From: a virus
Lineage: Duplodnaviria > Caudoviricetes
Virus record (IMG/VR): IMGVR_UViG_3300033066_000386
Span: 1-64,000 of that record
DNA length: 64,000 nt
Direction: 5' to 3' (one strand)
Below, in pieces: positions 28,446 to 36,370 of this stretch. The notes beneath the pieces are model-generated. The model saw only the letters and a list, made by a program, of their open reading frames with translations. It had not been told where the DNA came from and searched no databases. The first letter of the stretch is position 1, and the number at the start of each line of letters is the position of its first letter. Made by a program: the position numbers and the translations under genes.

Positions 28446-29525
28446 TTACTTATCCACGGTGTCGTATAGTGCCAGCCATGAGCCAGCCCCAAGCGTCATC
28501 GTTCCGGTTGCCGTTGTATCCTCCGATGCTCGAAGAATAAACGTCCCACCGGCATTCACTTCCAAGTAGCCTTGCACGAAGATTCGTGTCGTCCCAGTTA
28601 CGCTCGTGTAGTTCAGGTCCGTGTCTAACGCCGTAGCCGCAATCGTCCCTGGAACCACCGTGCCGCCCACCGCGTTGAAGGCCACGTCGAACGTCGTCCG
28701 AGTTGCCGTACCACCGTCGAAGTCGAATTTGGCCCCTTCCCCCGCCACGCTGTTGCTGACGATGAGGTAGCCTGTGATTCGATAACTACGCCCTGCAATG
28801 ACCGTTATGCTAAGATTGGTACTGGTAAGTGTGGCATCGCTGCGAGTGAATGCGGATTCAAGTGCGGCTTCACCTGCGGAGTTCTGAATCCAGCCTGTGC
28901 CGGATGTACCGCCACTTCCCACACCCCACACGCCAGACGCCAGACGATATAAACTAATGTCGCACGCTACACCATTTGGGTCCCCTGGACTTACAGCAAA
29001 TGCACAATTATTTGTTTGTATAGCACCTGTTACGATCCGAAGGTAAGAATTCACAAAAAGTCTGTCATAAAAACAAAACTCTAATGCGCCAAGTCTCATT
29101 TTATTTGACCCAGAACTCTCAATATTCTGGATAAAAAATGTGGTTCCATCGTGGTAAAATAACACCTCATTGTTTCCAGGAGTGCCCCCTGGCTGACGCA
29201 CAACCAACGTGCCTTCGGTCAACGGGGAGCAAGCGATGTACCTTGTCCCCGCCGACCAGTTCACCGCAGCGTTGCTGTTGGAAGAAGTGTAGATTGTCGT
29301 GCGTGCCAGCGTCGTGCCTGATGCCGTATACGTGCCTAAACCGTTCTCCCATCCGCCGCTAGGATTGCCACTGGCGTCTACTTCCCATGCCGAGTATTGG
29401 ACCGTGTTGGCGTTGCCGACGATGGCGAAGGATTGGAAGCCCGTCACAGCACCGGCGAGCGTGTACGTGCCTACGCCAGTAGTTGTAGAGGACTCAAGTA
29501 CCCTGTCCTGATTTGATAAAGTCAT
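28446..29525 (-). CDS. putative tail fibre/structural protein
   Basis: N-terminus DRVLESSTTTGVGTYTLAGAVTGFQSF, typical of phage fibre N-terminal domains. Confidence 0.65.
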   Translation of the reverse strand: MTLSNQDRVLESSTTTGVGTYTLAGAVTGFQSFAIVGNANTVQYSAWEVDASGNPSGGWENGLGTYTASGTTLARTTIYTSSNSNAAVNWSAGTRYIACSPLTEGTLVVRQPGGTPGNNEVLFYHDGTTFFIQNIESSGSNKMRLGALEFCFYDRLFVNSYLRIVTGAIQTNNCAFAVSPGDPNGVACDISLYRLASGVWGVGSGGTSGTGWIQNSAGEAALESAFTRSDATLTSTNLSITVIAGRSYRITGYLIVSNSVAGEGAKFDFDGGTATRTTFDVAFNAVGGTVVPGTIAATALDTDLNYTSVTGTTRIFVQGYLEVNAGGTFILRASEDTTATGTMTLGAGSWLALYDTVDK

Positions 29526-29608
29526 AAAACATTCCGGTTCTTACGTTGCCATTGGTTCCATTTCGGCATACAATGCTTGTGTCTATGTTCTCATTTAAGG
29601 AGCAATCT

Positions 29609-30217
29609 ATGCCAGCCAAAAGCCACGGAATGACCAATACCAAGGAATACCGCACTTGGGAAAACATGAAAAAACGCTGCCATTGCGTTACTGACCCTCA
29701 TTACCCAAGGTGGGGAGGTCGAGGCATATTCGTTTGCGACGAATGGAAGAAATCCTTCATGGCGTTTTACAACGATATTGGCCCATGCCCTTCCAAAGAT
29801 CATCAAATAGAGAGAATAAACAACGACGGTCCGTATTGCAAGGATAATTGCCGCTGGGCACACAAAAGCGAACAAGCCGCCAACACGAGAAAGAACGTCT
29901 TTCTTGTCTACAAAGGAGAAAGGAAAACCGTCAGCGAATGGGCAAGGACAATCGGCATAGATGTGTCTGCCCTTAAGGGGAGGATTTATGGAGGATGGCC
30001 CGTAGAGAAAGCGATAGAGACTCCTTCTTACATTGGCAATCGGCTTCACGGAACCGCAATTGAATATCTCGGCCAAACGAAAAGTGTTGCCGCTTGGGCG
30101 CGACAATTCGGCGTCCCTTCTCTTCGCATAAGAAGAAGGCTTGCTTCTGGCATGAGTATCCACGATGCAATCCATACGCCACTTCAACAAGGAAGGAAAA
30201 GGAACACCCGATCTTGA
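29609..30217 (+). CDS. HNH-type homing endonuclease
   Basis: HGMTNTKEYRTWENMKKRC...GGRGIFVCDEW..SF..FY.D.G..P...IERINNDGPYCKDNCRWA, then two DNA-binding repeats; AAGGAG RBS before ATG 29609. Confidence 0.85.
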   Translation: MPAKSHGMTNTKEYRTWENMKKRCHCVTDPHYPRWGGRGIFVCDEWKKSFMAFYNDIGPCPSKDHQIERINNDGPYCKDNCRWAHKSEQAANTRKNVFLVYKGERKTVSEWARTIGIDVSALKGRIYGGWPVEKAIETPSYIGNRLHGTAIEYLGQTKSVAAWARQFGVPSLRIRRRLASGMSIHDAIHTPLQQGRKRNTRS

Positions 30218-30265
30218 TTCGATAATGCCATTTAATTAACCGTGTATACTCGCGCGACTAGAACT

Positions 30266-31225
30266 CTAGTTTGCCCAACTGACTTCTCGATACCGTGCCA
30301 AGATTCGTCTCACGCTCCCCAATTCTGGGTTCTCGGCATCGCTCAATAGTGAGTAAGAGTATGCACCTAGACTCTCGCTTTGTAGTAACGCTCCCATCGG
30401 TTGGGTGCGGATCATGACCGCCGTTAGTGCCTGGCAAGCGTAGGTCAAGTCCGGGGGGATTTGATCGGGGGCATAGCCTGCGGTGTAACACACCTTGATG
30501 TTGCCCATCCCTACCGGCCATCCCGCTAGCCTTGCTGCGGAGAGCTTGCCCAATTGGAAGGTCTGTTGTCCGTAACCGCCTCCGCCCCATCCCCACCATG
30601 CACCGATGTTGCCGCCGATTCTCCGTACCAATCCTCTGTGTGAAACCATCTCTCCATCCACCATCACGGCGTAGTTATTGCCTTGGGTTAGGAGGCTCGT
30701 GTCAGCGAATCCACCTTGACCTTGCCCGTAGTACCCTGCCGGGTTGAAGTAGATGGCTGGGCTACCCACTTGATAATCCGTTGCTAGCGTTCCCGTGCCG
30801 CCCGTGCAACCCGTGAAGGTGGTTGCCGTGGTTCCGGTGTAGGTGACAAGCGTTTGCGTTGTCGTCCCATTTTGGATCGATAGAGTCGGTGCAGGGACGT
30901 TGCTATCGCCGTTCTGTCCTGGATGGAAGCCAACCGTTGAGGCTACGTTGATGGTCCCTGTAGGCAGGGCTACTCCGTTGCTTCCTGCGGCTATCGTGGT
31001 GAGGCCCGACCATACCGGACGTTGCCGTAGAATCACGTCTACCTGGCCCGTGCCGTCGTAGAATTCCTGATAGGCTTCCATCTCCAGTCGTTGCTTGCAC
31101 CACTGTTTAATCGAGGTGTCGGCAGCGTGGACCAGATTGTAGAGCCATTCATCGGAGGCCAAGGCCGGGAGATTTAAGCCCGGAATCAGCCTCACATTGG
31201 CGACGGTTGTCAGCACGTTAAGCAC
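30266..31225 (-). CDS. head-tail connector (gp6-like) with inserted beta-rich domain
   Basis: EFYDGTG...VILRQRPV...NIKVCYTAGY..IPPDLTYAC...QSESLGAYSYS. Confidence 0.75.
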   Translation of the reverse strand: MLNVLTTVANVRLIPGLNLPALASDEWLYNLVHAADTSIKQWCKQRLEMEAYQEFYDGTGQVDVILRQRPVWSGLTTIAAGSNGVALPTGTINVASTVGFHPGQNGDSNVPAPTLSIQNGTTTQTLVTYTGTTATTFTGCTGGTGTLATDYQVGSPAIYFNPAGYYGQGQGGFADTSLLTQGNNYAVMVDGEMVSHRGLVRRIGGNIGAWWGWGGGGYGQQTFQLGKLSAARLAGWPVGMGNIKVCYTAGYAPDQIPPDLTYACQALTAVMIRTQPMGALLQSESLGAYSYSLLSDAENPELGSVRRILARYREVSWAN

Positions 31226-31601
31226 TCACCTTTTGCAGACGTTTCTTTTCTTCCTCGGCACGCTTCTTCTCTTCCTGTCTCGTCTCGTCGAGATCGCGCA
31301 TCCGCTGGATTGCCACGGCTTCCCCTAACGGGTAAATCCAGGCCACGGGCGGGATGACGGCTTGGCGAAGGGGTTCTTCACCGCCCATGCGGGTGGGAAG
31401 CTGGCGGATCAAGGTCTTGACGCTCTTTTGTGGAACCGCACCTTTGGGGTCTTCCCAAGTACTAAGCCCGCCCTCATCCTTGGCCAAGCATTTCCAATTG
31501 CGTGAGGTCAAGTACTCGTTGCATTCATCGATTACCGATTTGTTCTGTTGCAAGAGTCCCGGTGGGGGGGCTTGCGGTCGTTTGCCTACTTCGTTTGCCA
31601 T
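31218..31601 (-). CDS. hypothetical protein
   Basis: 127-aa ORF in the operon. Confidence 0.6.
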   Translation of the reverse strand: MANEVGKRPQAPPPGLLQQNKSVIDECNEYLTSRNWKCLAKDEGGLSTWEDPKGAVPQKSVKTLIRQLPTRMGGEEPLRQAVIPPVAWIYPLGEAVAIQRMRDLDETRQEEKKRAEEEKKRLQKVSA

Positions 31602-31603
31602 GA

Positions 31604-32470
31604 CTACTCTCCTACTTGAATGGTGATTCCGGCACTCGGCTTTTCCCCGATGGGAGAGCCAATGTGCTGGTTTTTGTGAACATGTTCCAAGGCTTTATCG
31701 GTTGGCCATTCTCCCCACGGATGCTCGTTGGAGAATGGGAAGTGACCCATATGCTTGAGCTTGACCTTGCGGGTGGCCATTACTTTGCCGCCCATTTTGG
31801 CGATCTCCCTTGAGATGTGCCAGTCGCTGGGGGCATGATGGGCCATCCATTTTCCGTCGTCGTTTCGTGCCACTCGGTCGTAGCCTGCGAAGTTGAGCTT
31901 GAGGATGCCGTTTTCGTCAACCTCGTTTCTCCACGCGCGACTAAAATTCATCAGAATGCAACTGGTGTTGACCAGCAATCTCCGATCCGGGTAGCCGCAA
32001 TCGACGTTATCGAAGGTCTCCGGTAGCCTATAGATTTCCTCCATCGTGATCCTACGGTGGACCAAGAAGGGGTTGTCATGACTGTCAATGGCCGTCGAGG
32101 ATAGCCCGTTGAAATCCTTGATGGGTGAGACTGCCCCTAACAAGTCGCAATCGGTGCGGATCATCTCTTCCAAGAGAATGTCGATCCACCCGTTCTCCGG
32201 CACTACGTCATTGTGCAAGAGAGCGATATGCGTGATGGGGATATCGTTGGCTTCGATGCTGTTAAGAGCCGCAGCCAAGAGGATGTTATGGCTACTAAAG
32301 CTGGTCTCGACCTGATCTTGGAATAGCTTGCCGTGCAGCTTGCTATCGGCACGCAATGACCCTTGCCAGAATGCGCGGCTAGAGGTTGGATAGGTTTGCC
32401 CGTAAGTGCAGTGAAGACTCAGGACTCGAATGTCCTTGTAGGGGTCTTCTGATTCTTTCTCGTTGTCCAT
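31604..32470 (-). CDS. GT-A fold glycosyltransferase-like protein
   Basis: THIALLHNDVVPENGWIDILL (DxD-like), NTSCILM, SDWHISRE..G.KV....VKLKHMG. Confidence 0.6.
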   Translation of the reverse strand: MDNEKESEDPYKDIRVLSLHCTYGQTYPTSSRAFWQGSLRADSKLHGKLFQDQVETSFSSHNILLAAALNSIEANDIPITHIALLHNDVVPENGWIDILLEEMIRTDCDLLGAVSPIKDFNGLSSTAIDSHDNPFLVHRRITMEEIYRLPETFDNVDCGYPDRRLLVNTSCILMNFSRAWRNEVDENGILKLNFAGYDRVARNDDGKWMAHHAPSDWHISREIAKMGGKVMATRKVKLKHMGHFPFSNEHPWGEWPTDKALEHVHKNQHIGSPIGEKPSAGITIQVGE

Positions 32471-32504
32471 CTTGCTTGCTCCTCAAGTAGACAAGGGGGT
32501 TGTT

Positions 32505-32546
32505 AAAAAGCTGAGAGGGGGAAAGGGTGCACACCCGCCTCTCAGC
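32505..32546 (-). terminator. rho-independent terminator after the capsid genes
   Basis: Minus strand GCTGAGAGG...CCTCTCAGC stem followed by TTTTT. Confidence 0.7.
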
Positions 32547-32563
32547 CGCGACTGGAAACACGC

Positions 32564-33043
32564 TTAGATATTGCTGGTGTTCTGGACAACATAGGTGCTG
32601 TTGGCGGTCGGCACGTTGTCCTTGGCGGGTTTATAGGCCGACACATCCCCTTCGAGAACGGCCCCGAAGAAGCTGGCACAGTTCGGATTGCAGAGGAGCA
32701 TCAGGTAGCGTTTGCCGCTTGGCAATTGATCCGCTCGAATCTCGATCTGGCCGCACATGTTGGCCGTCGGTGCAACCGTCGGGCCGTTGGTGACCGCCGA
32801 CCATAGTCCGGTGCAAAGCGTGTTGGAGGAGTTGCTGGCAAGGAACGTTGCCGTAACCGTGCAGCTCGCACCGACCGTTGCCCCGACGATGACCGTACCG
32901 CGCGCGCGACGAACGATGCTCATGTCGATTGCACCCGTAACCAACCCGGCAGCGTTGGATACCGAGTTGGCCGCATAGTTCGCCGTTGGCAACGGTTGAA
33001 CCACCGCGATTGATTGGATCATTGTTTCTGTCATGGAAGCCAT
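32564..33043 (-). CDS. putative capsid decoration/head fibre protein
   Basis: Directly follows the capsid genes; GAIDMS...IEIRADQL...RYL. Confidence 0.55.
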   Translation of the reverse strand: MASMTETMIQSIAVVQPLPTANYAANSVSNAAGLVTGAIDMSIVRRARGTVIVGATVGASCTVTATFLASNSSNTLCTGLWSAVTNGPTVAPTANMCGQIEIRADQLPSGKRYLMLLCNPNCASFFGAVLEGDVSAYKPAKDNVPTANSTYVVQNTSNI

Positions 33044-33067
33044 GATGATTCTCCTATTAAAAAATGG

Positions 33068-34174
33068 TCAATTGAGAACTACGTAAGGGCTGACGGTTGT
33101 CGAACCATCACCGGCCATCGTGATCGGGCCGCTAACTTCGGGCCGTCCATCCATGCGGAGCCAAGTGCGGAATTGCGATTGATTGTTGGCGAATAACTGC
33201 TCGGTACTGATGTCGATCATCACTTCGCTCCTCACCCCAATCGTGTAGAGCGAGGGATCGAACAGGATCAGGTCTCCTGCCGTGCCAAGGTTGGGCAGCT
33301 TATCCGTGACGAACAAAGGTCGGGATAGCAAGTAGCCCGCTTGTCCCGGTGCTGGATCGGCCCAGTTCGGGGTGTAGCCCGTGACCTTGGTGATTTGGCC
33401 TAGTGCCGGTGGGCTGCACACCCAGATCGAATTGGTCCAAGAGTAGGGCAGTAGTGCCGCTGCCATGTTCGAGATATCGGCGATGGCGATGGCGTTGCCA
33501 CCGGCCCTTGTCACCGATTTCTTGCCTGGGCAGTTGAGGATTCCCAAAGGCATGGACGTGGCCGCTCCTAGCCCTCGTAAGAAGGCGTATTCGGAGTACC
33601 ATGCGGCAGCCTTGCCGAACAGGTTGATGAGATAAGCATCCCCACCTGGTCCCAAGTCCATGAGGAAGTTGTTGGAGACGTTGCTATAGCCGATCAAATC
33701 CCAAGCGTTCAATTCGTTCTGCTTGAACGTGGGCTCGGTCTGAGATGGTGCTTGAGAGAACCCCCACGAGAAGGTCATGCCACCGAAATAGGGAGCAACC
33801 CCTGCGGATTGAATCGTCTCCACATTCAAGCGTGGTAATAGCGTCGTGGAGGAACCCATCGGAACTCTAGTCGCGCGAGGATAAACGATGCTATTCTCTT
33901 CAATGGTCCGCATAAGTTCCAAGCTGAACTCTTTCGGAACCAAGTAGCCGCCCACTTCTCCTGTCGTCTCTCCCATAACCGTCTTGGTGGTTTGCACTGG
34001 GCTGACGTTGTGGTGACTACCGTAGGACTTCTCCAAGGTCTCGATGGCCGCATGCCGACGGTAAGGGTCTTTATGCGTGGAGTCCTTGACCGCCTTGAGG
34101 AAGCCAACGAAAGAGCGGTCGGCGGGTTGCTCCACCTCCGTCTCTCTCATTCGTGTGTTCAATGCGGTTGCCAT
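33068..34174 (-). CDS. major capsid protein paralogue 2 (HK97 fold)
   Basis: GGYLVPKEFS...EPTFKQ...PLGILN...LLSRPLFVTDKLP.LGTAGDLILFD...R.DGRP. Confidence 0.85.
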   Translation of the reverse strand: MATALNTRMRETEVEQPADRSFVGFLKAVKDSTHKDPYRRHAAIETLEKSYGSHHNVSPVQTTKTVMGETTGEVGGYLVPKEFSLELMRTIEENSIVYPRATRVPMGSSTTLLPRLNVETIQSAGVAPYFGGMTFSWGFSQAPSQTEPTFKQNELNAWDLIGYSNVSNNFLMDLGPGGDAYLINLFGKAAAWYSEYAFLRGLGAATSMPLGILNCPGKKSVTRAGGNAIAIADISNMAAALLPYSWTNSIWVCSPPALGQITKVTGYTPNWADPAPGQAGYLLSRPLFVTDKLPNLGTAGDLILFDPSLYTIGVRSEVMIDISTEQLFANNQSQFRTWLRMDGRPEVSGPITMAGDGSTTVSPYVVLN

Positions 34175-34284
34175 ATTAACCTTGTGTTACAATGTACTTG
34201 GGTGAACCGACGGGTTCCGTAAGTGCTTCCTTGATGCATCCTGAGTCTTGGAAGCAGCCCCACTTTTTACTACAGGAGTCTCGT

Positions 34285-34869
34285 ATGTCACTGTTTCCGA
34301 TCCCAACGTTTATTTGCACGGCTTGCAAAGAGCCTAAGGAAATTCGTTTCTTCAATCTTCGTAGAGACGGTAGGCCAACTACGCAATGCAAACTTTGTCA
34401 GAGAAAACGGTGTCGAGAAGCTACCCAGAGATACCGCAAAGGCAAACGTCCTGAAATCGTCCCTGACCCTACTTCTCGAAAATTCACTTGCATACGCTGC
34501 AAGAAAACAATGGGCGAAGAATACTTCAACAAGAATGCCGCTCGTCATCGTGGCTGTGACAACCGCTGCAAAGAGTGTTCTTCCAAGGAGGTTTTCGATA
34601 GACGACTCAGATTCCAATTCGGCATCAGCGAAGATGACTACAATCGAATGCTGAAGAAACAGAAAAATCTGTGCTTCATTTGCCGAAAACCAGAATCAGC
34701 CGTTCATATGGGAAAGACTCCCAGGCTTAGCGTTGACCACTGCCACAAAACCAACAAGGTTCGTGGGCTACTCTGTTACGCTTGCAATCACTTAATTGGC
34801 TTTCTCGAACGTCACGGTAAGGTTCAGGTCGAGAAAGCTTGGAAGTATATTGCCGAGCATTCTAGTTAG
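34285..34869 (+). CDS. endonuclease VII-type homing endonuclease
   Basis: FGISEDDYNRMLKKQKNLCFIC...LSVDHCHKTNKVRGLLCYACNHLIG; two N-terminal CxxC repeats; CAGGAG RBS before ATG 34285. Confidence 0.88.
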   Translation: MSLFPIPTFICTACKEPKEIRFFNLRRDGRPTTQCKLCQRKRCREATQRYRKGKRPEIVPDPTSRKFTCIRCKKTMGEEYFNKNAARHRGCDNRCKECSSKEVFDRRLRFQFGISEDDYNRMLKKQKNLCFICRKPESAVHMGKTPRLSVDHCHKTNKVRGLLCYACNHLIGFLERHGKVQVEKAWKYIAEHSS

Positions 34870-36278
34870 TTCAGATAAACGAACGGGCTGACGGTCCATC
34901 CGTTGGCATCCTGGATCGAGTCATTGAGCCACGGGCGCCCATCGCAGCGGGTAATCACACGCCAGCACAACTGGTTGTTCTGGAACTTGTACTGATTGCT
35001 CACGTCGATCTGCATTTCCATGCGGTTGCCGATGACGTACTTGGACCAATCCACCAACATCACATCTCCCGCCGTTCCGAGCGTTGGCAATTTTTCCGTG
35101 AAGAAGATCGGCAAGCCATTCAAGAAGGCTTGCGGTAACTTCTGAGCCATCGGGCCATTGACGCCCTGTTGGTACATGTTGGTCCAAACCAACTGATTGC
35201 CTGGAATGAATGTGGTAGTAGCCGTGTTGGCTACCGCACCCGATGCCATCTGGATCAACTGAGGAATCACGCTTTGGTGCATGATCCAACAGGCGTCATC
35301 CCAAGAGCGAATCTGGAGATGGCTCAACATGGCTGCGGCGTCTGCCAAGGTGAAGCGGCTAGCCACGGTTCGGTTCTGAGCGATTGCTGCGGGGGCATTG
35401 AGAACACCGAGAGGCATGCTCGAACCCGCACCCAACCCACGAAGGAAGGCGTACTCTTTGTACCAGACGATGGCCTGGCCGAAGAGTTGAGTGAGGAGTG
35501 CATCCAAGCCCACACCGTTGTCCATCAATAGCTGATTGCTGGCAACCGTGAATAGCTGGAGGTTCCAGGCCGTCCACTCGCTTTGCTTGAAGGTCGGCTC
35601 CGTCTCGTTGATGAGTTGGGCTTCTGGTTGCCACGTGGCTTGCACGCCGCCGAAATAGGGGGACACACCGGATGCTTGAGCCGTGGTAATGTCCAACATC
35701 GGCCATTGTGCCGTGTAGGAGGTCATCGGAACCACTTTGGCCCGTTGTTCGATAAAGCCATCTTCCGCAGCGATGGTTAGAAGCTCGCTGATGAATTGAG
35801 GTGGCACGATGTAACCACCGGTGACACCGCTGCCTTCCGCTAAGGCTGCCTTGCGGATTTCACCAGTGGCCTTATCCCGAACTCCACCTTGCTTGATGGC
35901 CTTGTGAACCGAGCAGAACTCGTGTTCTTTCTCGAAGCTATCGTCGTTGTAGTTGTCGTTCCACAGCCCTTGGCTTTTGGCCACTTCCATTGCGTTGCGA
36001 TCACCGCTCAAGGCTGCGAGCTTGACCAAGGCGGGACCAGCACCGCATAGACGGGGCTTGCCGTTGTGCTTTTTCGCGAACATATCCGCCGCTGCCGCAC
36101 TGCCGTAGCTTTTGGCGATGCGCTGCAAGCGATCATAGGTGCGCTGATTGAAGTCGCCCTTTTGGTCCCATGCGTCCTTCTCGGCGAACACCATATCGGG
36201 GGCATGCCGTGATGCCGGAGTGCTGGCCGCTTTCTGGAGTGCGGCTTCGATTTTGTCGAGTTGAGCTTTTGCGGACAT
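34866..36278 (-). CDS. major capsid protein paralogue 1 (HK97 fold, with N-terminal delta-like region)
   Basis: KAALAEGSGVTGGYIVPP...EPTFKQ...PLGVLNAPA...LNGLPIFFTEKLPTLGTAGDVMLVD...RCDGRP. Confidence 0.9.
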   Translation of the reverse strand: MSAKAQLDKIEAALQKAASTPASRHAPDMVFAEKDAWDQKGDFNQRTYDRLQRIAKSYGSAAAADMFAKKHNGKPRLCGAGPALVKLAALSGDRNAMEVAKSQGLWNDNYNDDSFEKEHEFCSVHKAIKQGGVRDKATGEIRKAALAEGSGVTGGYIVPPQFISELLTIAAEDGFIEQRAKVVPMTSYTAQWPMLDITTAQASGVSPYFGGVQATWQPEAQLINETEPTFKQSEWTAWNLQLFTVASNQLLMDNGVGLDALLTQLFGQAIVWYKEYAFLRGLGAGSSMPLGVLNAPAAIAQNRTVASRFTLADAAAMLSHLQIRSWDDACWIMHQSVIPQLIQMASGAVANTATTTFIPGNQLVWTNMYQQGVNGPMAQKLPQAFLNGLPIFFTEKLPTLGTAGDVMLVDWSKYVIGNRMEMQIDVSNQYKFQNNQLCWRVITRCDGRPWLNDSIQDANGWTVSPFVYLN

Positions 36279-36370
36279 TGAAATATTCTCCTATTACAAA
36301 GAAGCTATGTAGTGAAGCGTTGTAGAGCGACATTCGCTCCACCGATGCTTCGATGTTTACTCGCGCGACC

